Shown piece by piece: positions 63,193-64,000 of a stretch of 64,000 nt of DNA; positions within the stretch are counted from its first letter, which is position 1, and each line of letters opens with the position of its first letter. Under the pieces are notes generated by a model. The model saw nothing but the letters and a program-made list of their open reading frames with translations. It had not been told where the DNA came from and ran no database searches. The translations under genes and the position numbers were made by a program. Source of the DNA: Gavia stellata (taxonomy: Eukaryota); the NCBI RefSeq assembly GCF_030936135.1, contig NC_082627.1:205172-269171 (forward strand). Direction: 5' to 3'.

Positions 63193-63820
63193 CTATTAAA
63201 AAAAGAAAGTGAAAAATAAAGTAATTAATTCTGTACTCTCCTTAATTTTGCCAGTTATCAGACTATGAGAAGAGAAAAAATGAGTCTCAGTTCCTTCCAG
63301 GACAATGCAAACCAGCAGGACCCACCTTCCTTGCCCTCTCCAGAAACCAAAGCAGCTCTCTCTAGAGAAAACCTCCACTGATCGCTAACAAACGCCTACA
63401 ATGCACTTATCTACTTCTGACAAAATTATCCACAAAACATTGAAAATGGAGTAGGAAGTACCACATAACACAAAATGTATTACCAAAAGAAACGAGAAGC
63501 AGGCTGTGCTAATTAAACGGAGGGGGAGATGGAGGCAGATAAATGTTTCTTATTTGACAATTCTGGCTACTCAGTTTCAAACATGTAGCTGCTGACCCAC
63601 TAGATTTGCTTTCATGTAGAAAATATGCCAAGATGAGGGTGAATTTCTTTGTAACATTTGTTTATAACCACGTTCAGCTAAGACTACATACAGTTATTTT
63701 AACATTTTAAAAGTCAGTGTGAGATAATTATTCAAAGCTAAGGCAACTAAGGCAATAAAAAAGCTCAAGACAGACATTAGTTAAAAAAAGAAGAAAATCT
63801 CATAAATATCACACACATAC

Positions 63821-63866
63821 CTGGCTTTCCTGAGCTGGAGGAGAAAGTAATTTTGTTTTTTGAATA
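63821..63866 (-). CDS. ACADM: Candidate ACADM exon 2 (YSKNKITFSSSSGKP-); diverged presequence and mature N-terminus region
   Basis: Acceptor aaaaag|TAT and donor CAG|gtatgt. The phase links correctly to exon 3 to give …[12 protein letters not shown]. Similarity to human …[22 protein letters not shown] is weak. Exon 1 lies beyond the window end. Confidence 0.35.
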
Positions 63867-64000
63867 CTTTTTAAAAAAAGAACAGAAAGCTATTTGGAAT
63901 GAACACCTTCATTGTAAATTCATACTGAACTGCAATACCGTTGGTTTAGGGTTTTTTTTTTTTTCCAAACTCTGCAATTTATCCTTAACTGTTCTGTTTC

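Overview
Vertebrate nuclear DNA, almost certainly avian. It is riddled with CR1 LINE fragments whose tails carry the bird/reptile CR1 3' end (…GTCTTTTCCAACCT…ATTCTGTGATTCTG), and the encoded proteins are chicken-like orthologs of human genes. The supplied ORF track uses alternative start codons (TTG/GTG shown as M), and most long ORFs in the GC-rich parts are artifacts. Real content: (1) MVP (major vault protein) on the + strand, 16 coding exons from the ATG at 26301 to the TGA at 38257-38259, AATAAA at 38321, with a CpG island at about 24950-26300 upstream. Its introns are packed with unusual tandem repeat arrays and one CR1 insertion. (2) RABGGTB on the - strand (mapped exons 45563-47513, CpG-island promoter 49550-50300). 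The mapped exons carry apparent coding lesions: two in-frame TGA codons, a frameshift, a missing motif and a phase-inconsistent terminal exon. Its introns hold two SNORD45-like box C/D snoRNA candidates. (3) ACADM on the - strand, 11 mapped coding exons from 63866 down to the TAA at 52394-52396; exon 1 lies past the window end. The human 1p31 ACADM-RABGGTB tandem arrangement is conserved. (4) Many transposable-element pieces: CR1 copies including three near-identical ones, an LTR-pair element at 9601-13103, and other ERV-like fragments. (5) A 13-bp (GTAAGTTTAAGTT)n array of about 33 units in an ACADM intron. No prokaryotic features. Coordinates were derived by hand and may be off by 1-2 nt.
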